Positions 35,785 through 48,316 of a DNA stretch of 64,000 bases are shown here, piece by piece. The stretch covers positions 524,679-588,678 of the forward strand of contig NW_005202428.1 in NCBI RefSeq assembly GCF_000372725.1, in the 5' to 3' direction. Source of the stretch: Emiliania huxleyi CCMP1516. Lineage: Eukaryota. Position 1 is the first letter of the stretch, and every line of letters starts with the position of its first letter. The position numbers and the translations under genes were made by a program. The notes below the pieces were generated by a model. The model had not been told where the DNA came from. It saw only the letters and a list, made by a program, of their open reading frames with translations, and did no database searches.

Positions 35785-37299
35785 TCGTCGTGTCTTTCGA
35801 TCTGTCGACGCACTGATCTCTGATATGTGGCCATGTTTGATTGAGTGACGGATAAAGTCGTGTGAAAGAGCTGTGAAAGCGAAAGTAGCGAAATTAATTG
35901 CCCGCCGCAGGCGAAGAAAATTTCAGGGTTTTTGGTCCCCTACGCCAAAGAAATCGAAGATTTCGGCGGGCGCCCGACGCGCGGTATGGAGCACGCGCGC
36001 TGCCCGGCATGCCTGCAGCATCCAAACGAGACGCACGGCGTCGCTCAGCCGTGTCCACGCGGCTTCGTTCCTGTCCTAACCGGCGCCATCTGGGCGGCTG
36101 CTGCGGAGCTGCTGCCGGCGGTGCGGCAACTGGCCGACAGATACAACGCTCAGGGCACCCGCCGGCAATTCACTGGAAAGGAATGAAGGCGCCGCTGTCG
36201 GCGATTCACCGCCGTTCGTTCCCGTCTCTCAAGCTGGCTACACCGTCCATGGACGAGGGAGACGTCGCCTCCTCTTTCGTCCCGGGCACTGTTCGCGCCG
36301 GAAGGCACCGTACACTGCGAAGTACATTGGCCTTCATCCCTCCTACCGCCGGCCGGGAGTGCAGCCTTCGCCATCGCTGAGTGAGATTATCCTCGACTTT
36401 GGCACCTGCGAAGTAATGAACAACATGCAGTACGTCATGTGCAATGGCGCTATGACAGCCCTGCGATGGGCGTCCTCGACGCAGACGAGGCGGAGCTCAT
36501 CTGCGCGGCGCAGATCGCCGACTTTCTCTCTCTCCCTGCGCGAGTGACTGCGCCACCGTGGATGAGGCATATGGGCTGAGCAGGGGAGATGGTAGAGGAG
36601 GTTGACTGAGGGCGCGAGGCCGCCAATCGTCACAGTCTGCTGCTGACTGTCGGTCGCTGACTGGTTGCGCATCGCGCTGGCCGCGCAGCGGCCTTTAGAA
36701 AATTTTGGCCGCAGGCCTAGGTTTTGAAAGATCAAGAGAATAAGCGCGGGTGAGGCTTTGAGAAGCTGCCGTTTGCGGCTTCCTAAGTCAACTTTTCGAG
36801 AGGAACGTTTTGGCTAAGCTAGAACTTCTCCAAAATCGCGCGATCATCGAGTTTTGAGTCAATAATTATGAAAGGAAAGGGAGAGGGAGAGTTCTAGCTT
36901 AGCCGATCGATTCAGCGTGCTCTGAAACGCCCAAAACCGTCGAGTCTTTCGCCGTGGTCCAAATAGAGAGCTTAATATTTTGATTTTCTTGGCCACGGCC
37001 ACGATTACCCGTCACTCGCTCGTTTATTTTTTGTCGGAGTCTGTGGAGACTGGAGTGTGTGTGTGGTGTATCGCGTGTGGTGAAAACAAGAAGGAGGACG
37101 AAAACGCCATGGTGAACAGGTGAACGCGGCCGCGCGCGCGAGCCTTCAAAGTTCACAATAAACAAATAACAAAATCCAGCCTCCCCCAGCCCCTGCAGGA
37201 TCTCGCACGCCGCCCGGCAAGCGGAATGCAGACGGACCTTCATGTTACACTCCCCGCACGCCGCAGACGGGGCGCACTGTGGCCGCGAGATCACAGCCA

Positions 37300-38232
37300 C
37301 TACTTCTTCACGCGTATGCCCGGCACGTTTGGCTCCAGCATCGGCTTTGTCCCAATGTCCACCGGCTTGGGCCTCGCCTGCAGAAACTCCGCCACGCGCG
37401 GCGTCGCCTCGACCGCCGCCATGAAGGTGCGCACCTCCGGGTAAGCGTCGAGCGCGGCGGGCTCGAGCAGCCGTGCGTTGTCGAGGTTGTGGTAGAGCAT
37501 AAAATCGCACCAGCGCGGCGCCGCGCCGCAGGAGAAGGGGCCCTCGCTCTCGCGCAGCTGCCTCGCCAGCCGCGCAAGCTTGGCCGGGAAGCTGTCGAAG
37601 AACGCCGCCTATGAATGAAAACGCACACCTATGTAAGCCATCGGTTGCTAAGCAGTGGAAGTCCTCGAAGCAGGCCGCCTTCTTCGCGTCAAAGGCCTCG
37701 CCGCGAAACACATTCACGATCGGGTTGACGGCGTCGAGCTCGCGCGCCGCCTCGAAGATCATGTCGCACCTCGCAGCCTCAAGCGGTTCGGCCGGCACGA
37801 GCGCAGGCACGAGCGCGGCGCAGTAGCGGATGATCGCGCCAGCCTGGGCCAGCTCCTGCGGCGCGGAGACGCGTCGTGTGTGGGAGGCTTCGTGGCGGTC
37901 GGCGTGCGTGCGAGGCCGTCTGCCTTGCCGTCGACCAGGAGCAGCGGCAGCTGACCGAACGGCGTCTTGTCCTTGGCGTCCTTCCAAGGCACGCCGTAGG
38001 CCTGCTGGGGAGATGCGTCTTCGTACGCGACGCCGCCGAACTCGAGAATCATCCTCGCGGGCTCCGCCAGCGCCCGGACCGGGAAGTAGATCATCGTGAG
38101 CTGTGGTGCTGCCGCGCTCTCGCAGACGCTGGCGGGCTGCGAGAGTCCTCGCCGAGCGGCCTCACCAGCAAATGTGCCTGCCGCCACGAGTAGAGACGGG
38201 CGGGCGAGCCGGTGTACCGACTTGAGGAGCAT
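37300..38232 (-). CDS. Glutathione S-transferase (sigma-like), 3 exons, N-terminal presequence
   Basis: YFPVRALAEPARMIL, TPFGQLPLL, LAQAGAIIRY, CDFMLYHNLD, FLQARP. The spliced frame is open through GC-AG introns (second intron 37609-37678). Confidence 0.9.
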
Positions 38233-39546
38233 TTGAGCCGAGCGGTCGCCGAGCGATTGATGCCAGCTGCGTGGCGGGCGGCAGCGGCGGTGGCGGCGGT
38301 GGTGGCGGCGGTAGCACGGCCGCGCGGGTTTTCTTTTCAGGGCGCACTCCCCCCACCACGGTAGCGCGCCCAACACAAGAGTGACGGAGATGCTTGCCAC
38401 GAGCACCGTGACGCCCGACCCTGTGAGCACCGTGGGCGTATACGGCTGCATACGGTGAGATGATGCACAGCATGGCCAGACGAGGGAAGCAAGGCTCGCC
38501 AGCTGTATGTTAGTGAGGCATATGGATGTGATCAACATGTGTGCGTCACAGGTACCGCAGCAGCGCATGTAGCCATCGAAGACAGCGCAAACAGGTCTTT
38601 TTGCGCCACGCACCCGATGGCCGTGCTGGTCCAACTGCGTGCACAGGAATGCTATCAGCGCGTCTCCGCCATAACTGGATTTTTAGCAATACCAAACAAC
38701 TCTAACACTCACACGCTCTCTAACTGGACATGGCAATGAAGCAGCTGAGACGTGATAACACCGGTGCTGGGCCAAGGAGGTGCCGCTCACCGCAAAACAT
38801 CAACAACGCGACCGTACATACGAGTAGCCAACGACAGGGTGATTGAGTCTTACGGGGGTGCTATATCACTTGTGTCGAACCCCACTGGGAGACCTCTGAT
38901 TCGGGCGTGTAGCTCTGCTGTAGCGCTCCCACAGTAAGATACTACCAAATCCCACCAAATCCCACTGCCCACTAGGTGTGCGGGCGCGTCGGGAGGCGCG
39001 GTAGTGCGGGATTTGGTAGGGGAGTGCCACCAACGCATATCGATCGCGAGTCAAACAGGAGCCGCCGCAGCGTAGGAGGGACCTGGACAACACAGTTTAC
39101 AGGAAGACCCTCCACCCCCCCTCACTCTCTACGGGACCCTCCGACCCTCACCCCTGTGGAGCCCCAAGCAAGTCAAAGAAAGAAAGAAAGAAAACAGACA
39201 ACCCAAGGGAGGGATTGGAGGACGGCACGCCGCCACCACACAGGGATTTTTAAGGAGAGGTGTGTGGTGCCAAGCAAGTCACCACCACTGTGCACTGTCC
39301 GACGTCATCTTTTCCCAGTGAGGTTCGACACAAGTGCTACATATATGTTTCCTAAAAACTGTCTGTAAATAAGGCCAGTCTACCTATGACTCGCGCACGT
39401 CGGCATCACCCCCGCGCTGGCTGCTTTTCTCTTCATAGGGCGCGGTCGTTTTGCTCCAATAGCGTTTTGCTCCAATATTTGCTCCAATAGGGGCAAAGCA
39501 GGGCACCCGCAGCGTGAGAACCCTAATCAACTTCGTCGCAGGCGTC

Positions 39547-40110
39547 ATGATGCTCGCGCCGGCATTCGCTCTCGTGCTTGGATTCGCCACGACCCCGGAG
39601 CCTGGCTCGGACCTGTTCGCTGGGTACGCCATCTACGACCGCTTCACGGACAGCATTCCCGCAGACTGCGTGTATGAGGCGGTCACTGACATGGGTACGC
39701 AGGTGCCCGATTACTGCTGCACGGACGCTCCCTCCCCAGCGGTCGGCGCCCTCCCGTTCAGCCCGGCAGAGAACGGAATCCCTGGGGACGACTATTCGGA
39801 CTACACATGCGCGCCATTGGCCGTTTTCCCAGACCCGGCACCCTACATTCGCAGCTACTTGGGATGCGTGGACTCTTCGGTCCAGTTTGGCGAGCTTTGT
39901 GTCCCTGCGGATCTGGAGTTTGGAACGACCTACCCCATGACCACTGACATGGCGGCCACGAAGTACACGAACGACGTCGACTCGGCCGCGACGTGCGGCT
40001 GCCAGGCCGTGTACTCGGGCCCAGGCTGCTACTCGGCTGCGCAGCCCTTCCTGCTCCTCGCCGACGGTTCGGCCGAAGTTTACTTCGCTCACATCTCTGG
40101 AACTTGCTGA
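39547..40110 (+). CDS. Small secreted acidic cysteine-rich protein of unknown function, intronless
   Basis: Signal-like MMLAPAFALVLGFA; 10 Cys; about 23 Asp/Glu versus 3 Lys/Arg; complex, non-repetitive sequence. Confidence 0.65.
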   Translation: MMLAPAFALVLGFATTPEPGSDLFAGYAIYDRFTDSIPADCVYEAVTDMGTQVPDYCCTDAPSPAVGALPFSPAENGIPGDDYSDYTCAPLAVFPDPAPYIRSYLGCVDSSVQFGELCVPADLEFGTTYPMTTDMAATKYTNDVDSAATCGCQAVYSGPGCYSAAQPFLLLADGSAEVYFAHISGTC

Positions 40111-40348
40111 AGTGCACAGGAAACGAGAACAAGCACGCCCTTCTCCACGGCATCCATTGCTAGGAGCTCGCTGTCACCTACGTAGTACGACCACCGACGA
40201 GCGTGCCCTTCGCGGGAGACGGGGGATGGGGGGGGGGCGAGGGGGGAACAAGGGAGGGGTGCGGGGTGCGAGGTGGTGGCGCAGACGCTGTGCGTGACCC
40301 GTTCAGAGCATGTGTGACCCCCCCGTTTCACGTGACGTGTCATCCGTT

Positions 40349-41940
40349 TTAGTAACCCGTCCATAAACATCTCCGCAGTCGCCCCTCAACACATCTCTCA
40401 CGCTGCCGACGCCTCCCCACGCGCAGCGGCCGCGGGCGGCGACGGGATCGGGTAGCGTCCATCGCCTTCTCGAGCACCTCGCAGTGCGCCGCGTTCCATC
40501 CGTCCTCGACGCGCAGGTCGGTCGCGTTGAGGACGATCTGCCGCTGCGTCGCCGCGTCGTACGCCGGCCACGACGGCAGCGACGGCAGCGTCGCCTCCAC
40601 CGTGCCGCGGCTCCTGCCGCCGCCGCGGCTGGTGGCATTGGGCGGCAGCGGGTTGGGGTCGGCGCTCGCGGCGAAGTTTGTCCAGTAGCGCACGATCGCG
40701 TCGGAGAGCGCGGCGAGCTGCGGCGTGGCGCGCGCCTCGTCCGCCGCGAAGACAAACGGCAGCTCGGCCGAGTGCGCGACGCCCACGTACGGGTTGGTGC
40801 CGGCGTACGCCGCGTAGTCGAACCGGTACGGTAGACGTACGCGTCCGCCGCGGCGCGCTTGGCGCCACAGAACATCTGCAGCCCTTGGCGCCACAGAACA
40901 TCTGCAGCCCCGCCGCGAGGGCGCGCGCCGCCCACCACGGCGACTGCGACGACGCGACGTCGAGGTACGCCCTGCGCGCCTGCGCGGCGTGGACCGCGTC
41001 GAAGACGCCGAAGCGGATCCACTGCGTCCAGAACGAGCCGTCCACCCAGCGGTCGTAGCCCTGCGTGGAGAGCGTGTGCGCCACGTTGTCGCCGCAGCAC
41101 TCGCGCAGCCCCGAGTCGTCCGCCTTCGGCTTGTTGGGGAAGAGGCAGCTGCCGAGCAGCAGCGGCACGTCGGCCACCTCCACCACCGGCGGCGCAGCCA
41201 CCACGGCCGCCGCCCTGGCCGCGGCACGAGCCCCACCCGCCTCCTCCACCACGACGCTCGCGTCCTCATCCTCGTCATCGTTCGCCTCGTCGTCGAGGGC
41301 GTCGAGGGCGTCGGCGGCCACCGCCTCGGCCGAGCGGTTGGCGTCGATGGCAAAGTACGGCGCCACCGGCAGCGCGACGCCGTCCACCACCGGCGCCCAC
41401 TGCAGACCAAACCACGAGGGCGGCACCGCCCGGGTCGCCGCGGCCTGCACGTCCTTCCACGGCTTGGCGAGCAGGCACGCGACCGGGTCGCTCTTCAGGT
41501 CGCAGCCGAGCTCGGTCGCGAGGTAATCGTACTGCCCCTGCCCGATGGCGCGCGGCATCGCGTTCCAGCGCGAGAAGGCGCCCGACTCGGCGATCGCGCG
41601 GTCGAACAGGCCGCGGCTGTCCGGCTGCACGTAGTGGTTGGCGATGCTGCCCGCGCCCGCGCTCTGCCCGAAGATCGTGACGGACCCAACGTCGCCGCCG
41701 AAGACCGCCGCGTTGGCACGCACCCACTTGATCGCCGCGCGCTGGTCCTGAATCCCGTAGTTGCCCGTCGAGCGGTCTGGGTCGCGGGCCCGCATTGCTG
41801 TGCCGCCCAGGAAGCCGAAGGCACCGAGCCGATAGTCGAGGGTGACGACGACGACGGGGTTGCCGAGCGCAGCCGCGCGCTCGGCCATCGACGCGCCGTC
41901 GTAGTTGGACGCACAGCCGATGACGTACGCTCCCCCGCGC
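40349..41940 (-). pseudogene. Type-B carboxylesterase/cholinesterase-like gene, 5'-truncated and frameshifted
   Basis: GGAYVIG, YRLGAFGFL, GNYGIQDQ, TIFGQSAGA (nucleophile), AHSAELPFVF, YWTNFA, WPAY. A 26-bp tandem duplication at about 40858-40910 and a 5-bp duplication at about 40824-40833 break the frame. Confidence 0.85.
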
Positions 41941-42445
41941 GGATGATCGCGCCAGCCTGGGCCAGCTCCTGCGGCGCGGATACGCGTCGTGTGTGGGAGG
42001 CTTCGTGGCGGTCGGCGTGCGTGCGAGGCCGTCTGCCTTGCCGTCGACCAGGAGCAGCGGCAGCTGACCGAACGGCGTCTTGTCCTTGGCGTCCTTCCAA
42101 GGCACGCCGTAGGCCTGCTGGGGAGATGCGTCTTCGTACGCGACGCCGCCGAACTCGAGAATCATCCTCGCGGGCTCCGCCAGCGCCCGGACCGGGAAGT
42201 AGATCATCGTGAGCTGTGGTGCTGCCGCGCTCTCGCAGACGCTGGCGGGCTGCGAGAGTCCTCGCCGAGCGGCCTCACGAGTAGAGACGGGCGGGCGAGC
42301 CGGTGTACCGACTTGAGGAGCATTTGAGCCGAACGGTTCGCCGAGCGATGGATCCCCAGCTGCGTGGCGGGCGGCAGCGGCGGTGGCGGCGGTGGTGGCG
42401 GCGGTAGCACCGGGTGGGGTGAGCTCGCGTTTTTCTTTTCAGGGC
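41941..42445 (-). pseudogene. Partial duplicate of the GST gene (upstream region, exon 1, intron 1, start of exon 2)
   Basis: Near-identical to about 37828-38345, with a 22-bp deletion near the start. It stops at ..AIIR and joins the esterase. Confidence 0.9.
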
Positions 42446-42555
42446 GAATCGACCGACCACGTGAGCGTCCGGCCCGCCACCTTGACGCCGTAATCTCCTT
42501 GACACAGACAGGGACGGCCGTACTTTGCGCGTGCGCGCGGCCTGGCATGCGCGCG

Positions 42556-43551
42556 ATGACCTCGCCCGAGCAACCAGCCGACAGTGGGCCTGCCCAGCCT
42601 TCTTCTGAGCCATCCCCAGAGACTCCCTCCGCTGCCGTCGGCCCCGCAGTCCCGGCCGACATGCCCGCCGCAGGGCCTGCGCACACGCCACAAACGCCAG
42701 TTCAACAAGCCGCAGGTTTGGCAGCTCTGGGCGGGAGTCAGCCGGGCTCGCTGCCAGCTCCCACCACGAACTTGCCACCACCGTCAGCCCCTGCCGCTCT
42801 CTCCGCCAGCACCATCGCTCCCGGCGCCTCCAACCCATCCTTCAACCAATGCAGCGACAACCACACGAGCTCCATCCTGCATCCTGCTGCTGATGCACCA
42901 ACCACCACCGCCCTTGCTGTCAACTGCTCATCTCCTACTGCTGGACACGCTACTCCATTCCTTTGCGAGCCACCTCCTCGTGCCGCAGCGCCTGAACCGT
43001 CCACGTCCACTGAATGCTCCTCGCAGTCCAACCTGCAGACGCAGTTGCCACCTGATTGGCGCCATCTGGCTGCCTCTTCAACTCTCAACCCTGGAGCTGC
43101 GCCATTCCAGCCGACCTTCCCTCAGAGCCCCCAACACCGACCCCGCGGCCCCAACTTCACCGCCGGCTGCCCACTCTGGTGTACCAACTGCGTGCAACGC
43201 TTCTCTTCCAGAGCACAACTTTGGGATCATCTCAAACACTGCCGGCCAACAGCCACACGCCCCCTCGCTACCACTTTGAAGCGGAAACGAGACAACCCCC
43301 CTCCCGCCCTGGGACCTGCACCACTGCCCGTTCTCACCTATGCAGACGCTGCCACCGCTCCCCCCGCCAAACGCCACCAATCCATCCACAACAGCGCCAG
43401 TGGAACCACAATCCCCACGATCGCCCTCCCTGATGGCACAATTTACTATGATACCCGACCCCCTTCCCACACTCCTGCCATGGAATATGCTGCCAACCTC
43501 CGCCGTGCAGACACGATCCAGCAGTTTGGCTGCCACCACCTCACCAAATAA
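42556..43551 (+). mobile_element. Pro/Ser/Thr-rich ORF with one C2H2/C2HC zinc finger; possible retroelement ORF remnant
   Basis: LWCTNCVQRFSSRAQLWDHLKHC; lower GC and C/A-skewed composition compared with neighbouring genes. No RT or transposase motif seen. Confidence 0.3.
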
Positions 43552-43735
43552 CCCCCCCCCCCCTCCTTGCGAGCACGAACCATCCCCCACCATCTCCTCC
43601 TCATGCCCCACTTTTGCCCCTGCCCTCCCTTGCGCCCCTCACCCAACAACCACCCAATCCCCACACACATCAACATTTAGCGGCCCGTGCACTGTGATGT
43701 GAGGCTTCACTGTACAATTAATAATAAGCCGGATA

Positions 43736-44050
43736 AGGCTTCGGCCACCGAGGCTTCGGCCACCGAGGCTTCGGCCAACGAGGCTTCGGCCAACGATATT
43801 ATTACTGCTCCAGGCTCCCCCCCCCCCCCCGGCCCCCGCCCCCCCGCCCCCCCACCCCCGCCCCCGCATTGGCACTTGCACTCGCACTCGCACTCGCACT
43901 GGCACTCGCGCTCTGCCCCCCCCCCCCTGCCCGCGCCCCTTCTCCCCTCACCCTCCGCCCTCCCTTCCCCGCGGCCCGACCCGTCCTTTAAGGCTTTGGC
44001 CACTGAGGCTTCGGCCACCGAGGCTTCGGCCAACGAGGCTTCGGCCAACG
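43736..44050. repeat. Two clusters of four 15-bp units (AGGCTTCGGCCA[A/C]CG)
   Basis: Clusters at 43736-43795 and 43991-44050, same orientation. Confidence 0.9.
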
Positions 44051-44618
44051 AAACAAAAAAAAAATCCTCGCCCTCCGCCCGCCCTTGCCTCCGCCCAGCC
44101 CTCCGCTCTCCGCTCTCGCCCTCCGCCCTTGCCCTGGCTGGCCTGGGTGGCATCTCCTCATCATCACGCGCCAAGTGGGAGGGAAGTGGACGGGGCCCTG
44201 AGCCGACCTAGCCCTAAACGGAATGGGGCGCCCAACACGGTGCCGGATTACTGTGCCTTCCCCGGGTGCAGCCTTTCGGCTCGTGAAGGGTCGGTGCGTG
44301 TCGTGACCCCCTGGAACACCCGTACTCTCCCGCGCCATCTCCGTCGCCCTGTTCGGCTGCGGCCTTACCACCAAGATCGGGAGGCGGCCAGGGCTCATAG
44401 ACTCGGTCGAGAGACCCCAGATTGGCATCCATGCCTCTCTGGACAGGGTGGCCCGCCACAACGACCCCTGGAATTGCGACTCGCCGCTTTCCTCCCGCTG
44501 TGATTCTGTGTGAGCTCTGTGTCTTGATTTGCCAACAATATACCTACATCTCCTTGAGAGAACCCCAGAAAAGAAAAATTGGCGGCGCGCCCAACACAGC
44601 GCCGCGCCGAGCAATAAA

Positions 44619-45660
44619 ATGGCCTCCCCGACTCGCGCTCTGTGGCTGCGGCTGCGCAACATGCCCGTCCTCCGTATGCTGCAGCTCGAGGAGGCCATCT
44701 TTCGCACCGACACGCGCAGCTGGTTCATCACCAACACCTGGGATGCGCCGCCCACCAGCGCCGGCCCGGAGCGCGACGCTGCGCACGCCGCGGCTCAGTC
44801 GGTTGTGCTGGGCATCTCTGGCAAGCCAGCCGAGATGCTCAACACCGAGGAGGTGCTGAAGGCCGGCGTGCCGGTCATCAAGCGCTTCTCCGGCGGCGGC
44901 ACAATTATCTCTGACGCCGGTGGAACGCTCAAACACGTAGCCCTCACCTCTCGCGCCAACACCGCCGCTGCCCGTGCCGCTCGCGGCGTTGCCCACCCCG
45001 CTGCGCCCCCTGCCGCACCAGACACGCTCTTCGCGACCTTCATCTGCGCCGCCGACGACGAGCCTCAGGCGTCACCCCACCAAGACACTTCCTAGACGCT
45101 TCCTAGACGCTTCCCAGGCTAGACACGACGAGCCTCAGGCGTCGCCCGACCCGTCGGGGCATGTCCAGGACGCGTCCGTGACATGTCCGAGACACGTCCC
45201 GCAGGTGCCCCCCTACCCGGACCCGATCCTAGACTGGACGTCCTCCGTGTACGACGCCGCACTGCGCGGCTGCGGCGCGACCAACTTTGCGGTGCGCGCA
45301 AACGACTACTGCTTCGCGACCGAGGAGGGCGACTTCAAGTTTGGCGGCAACGCGCAGTCCATCTCGGGCAAGCGCTGGCTGCACCACACCTCCCTGCTCT
45401 GGGACTATGAGCCAGCGAGGATGGGTCTGCTGCGGATGCCTAAGCGCCAGCCCGCTTACCGCGCGCAGCGGTCGCACGGCTCATTTGTGCGCGGCCTCTC
45501 GCAGACGCTGCCCTCGCGGGACGCGTTTTGCGCCTCCCTCGCCGCCGCCGCGGGCGCGACGTGGGAGCTGACGCCGGTGGAGCTAGAGGAGGCGCAGGCG
45601 GCGCTCAGCTTGCCGCACAGACAAGTGACGAGGCTACTTAGACCGGAGGAGGTGTGTTGA
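44619..45660 (+). CDS. Lipoate-protein ligase A family protein (plant/algal type), 3 exons
   Basis: LQLEEAIFR, VVLGISGKP, KRFSGGGT, NDYC, KFGGNAQSI, RWLHHTSLLWDY, QPAYR..RSH. Confidence 0.9.
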
Positions 45661-46928
45661 GGGGAGCCGGGTCCAGAAAAGGGGCGTGTGCCAGGGCAAC
45701 GGCCCTTGCGTCAGCGGCGCCGCGACGTTGGTGTCGAGTGCCGCCGCGGGCGCGCATTGCGGGTGCCGCATGTGTCCGCGCGAATTTCGTCAGTCGCCTC
45801 GCCCGAGAGGAGGGTGTGCGGGTGCATGCCCGGGCCGTGAGGGCTGGCTGAAGGGCCGCGTCGGGCGGCCGCCCGCATGCGACTTTGAGAGAAGCGGCCT
45901 CGTTCACGACTCTCAAGAACGACGCTGAAGGGACGTCCGAAATTCGGCGCACAATGCTCATTCCGACGCCCGCCACATGACGCCCACCGCAGCCGCGTTG
46001 GTCGGCGCGCGCCGCCGCCGACCATCACCACCGACCAACGGCTCGCACGGCCGTGCGGTGAGCAAAAATTTGGGTCGCTGCGCGCCTGCCAGATGCTCTG
46101 CGACGTCTGGACGCTCGCCAGAAACGCCAGGAAGCTTGCCTTCCACCCCTGGGCCCGAGGGCGAACGGCAGTGGTCGGCAGCCTCTGCGACGCTCCGATC
46201 GGCTCCTCGACCTCATCGCTTGCGACGAGCCAGCATGGCTCGTCGCTCGACGGCAGCCTGCTCAGTATGCTCTTGGCATTCTGTACAGCCTCGCCAGGCT
46301 CTCTGAGACGGCCTGCAGGGCCGGCGCGGACCGCCTCGGGCGCGATGGCCCTCCTCAGTACCTACCTCTTTGATGCCTGTCGGCTCTCCAATCTCGTCGC
46401 CGGCGGCAGGCCCGCATGGCGCGCTGCTCGATGGCAGCCTGCTCAGTACGCCTTGGACAGTGACTTCTGCCTCGCTGCTCTTACTGCAGCCGCCTCCGGG
46501 ACCGGCGCCGGCCGCCACGCCTCGCCAGTGCTGTCTACGCCTGCGACACGCGTGTCGGCTCGCCGCCCGCGTCGCCCGCGGCGGGCCCGCATGGCTCGCC
46601 GCTCGTCGGGAGCGTTCCCAGCAGGCTGTGCAGGGCAATCTGCCTCACTCAGGGCGCCGCCGCCGCTGCGCGGGGCCGCCACCGGCGCCGCTGCCGTGAA
46701 CACTGCCGCCGTGTACGTCACCATCGCCTCTCTTCGTCGCCGATCTCGCCGACGCCGCTCGCCGCTCGCCGCCGCCCTGCCCTGCCCTGCCCTCGCACAA
46801 ACAACGAACACACACACACACACACACANNNNNNNNNNNNNNNNNNNNNNNNNNNNNNNNNNNNNNNNNNNNNNNNNNNNNNNNNNNNNNNNNNNNNNNN
46901 NNNNNNNNNNNNNNNNNNNNNNNNNNNN

Positions 46929-48119
46929 GCGAGGGCTGTGCCGTGCGGTGGCTGTGCTATTCGGCGCTGCTGTGCGAGTCCAACCCGCCGGCGAGGGTGG
47001 CTGCAGGCGAGTCTCACAGCCTCTTCATTGACGGCGAGGGGCGGCTCGCGTCGTGCGGTTTGGCAGCGGAGGGCGGGGAGGACGAGGAGGAGGACGACGA
47101 GGATCGTTCAGGCCTTCTCGGTCACGGCGAGGGCGTGCTGCGGCTCAACACGCCGACACGCCTTCCGCTGACGTTGGGTGGCGAGCGTGCCATGAGCGTG
47201 TCGGCTGGAGATTCGTACAGCCTCGCCCTCACCGCCGACGGAGCTGTCTGGAGCTGGGGCAGTGGAGGCATCAGCCCGTTGGGCCACGGCGACGAGCAGA
47301 CCCAGTGGCTGCCCAAGAAGATCGAGGCCTTTGCGGGCCCGCGCGTCATCGCTGTATCGGCTGGAGGCAGCCACAGCCTCGCCGTTACCGCCGACGGCTC
47401 TGTCTGGAGCTGGGGCTTTGGAGGCTTGGGCAAACTGGGCCACGGCGACGAGCAGAACCAGCCGCTGCCCGAGAAGGTCGAGGCCTTGGCTGGCCAGCGC
47501 GTTGCCGCTGTGTCGGCTGGACGCTACCACAACCTCGCCCTCACCGCCGATGGAGCCGTCTGGAGTTGGGGCTGGGGAGACGACGGCCGGTTGGGCCACG
47601 GCGACTACCAGAGTCAGCTGCTGCCGAAGAAGATCGAGACCTTTGCTGGGCGGCGTGTGATCGCTGTGCTGGCTGGAAGCAGCCACAGCCTCGCCCTCAC
47701 CGCCGGCGGAGCCGTTTGGAGCTGGGGCCGTAGACGACGGCCGGTTGGGCCACGGCGACGAGCAACGCCAGCTCTTGCCGAAGAAGGTCGAGGCGGTGGC
47801 TGGCCAACGTGTCGTCGCTGTGTCGGCTGGAGTCGACCACAGCGTCGCCATCACTGCCGATGGTGCCGTCTGGAGCTGGGGCTGGGGACCCTCTGGCAAG
47901 TTGGGCCACGGTGACGAGCAGTGCCAGCTGTTGCCCAAGAAGGTCGAGGCCTTGGCGGGCCGGCGCGTCATCGCTGTGGCGGCTGGAGTCGCGCACAGCC
48001 TCGCCCTCACCGCCGACGGTGCTGTCTTTGCCTGGGGCGAGGGCGAGTGCAGCTGCCTTGGCCACGGAGAGGACTTGTCGAACCAGCTGCTGCCCAAGAG
48101 GGTCGAGGCATGGGCGTAG
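46929..48119 (+). pseudogene. RCC1-repeat gene, copy 1; 5' end in gap, frameshift at about 47730
   Basis: VSAGxxHSLALTADGAVWSWG..LGHGD repeats. The frame switches from ORF 46943-47914 to 47745-48119. Confidence 0.8.
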
Positions 48120-48316
48120 TGAGAAGGTCGGGGCTCTGTGCGCCCAGCCCCTGGTGTGCACGAGCGCAAGGCCGACTTTTCTCGGCCCTTTCGATCCGGG
48201 ATTCCTTTTTATTTTAGGGATAAAAACGAAAAAGAAAACGATCTAGGGAGGGATGGGAAGGACGGCACACCCCGCCCCCTAGGATTTTCTTTCAGCCCCG
48301 CTTTCTTTTTCTCGCG

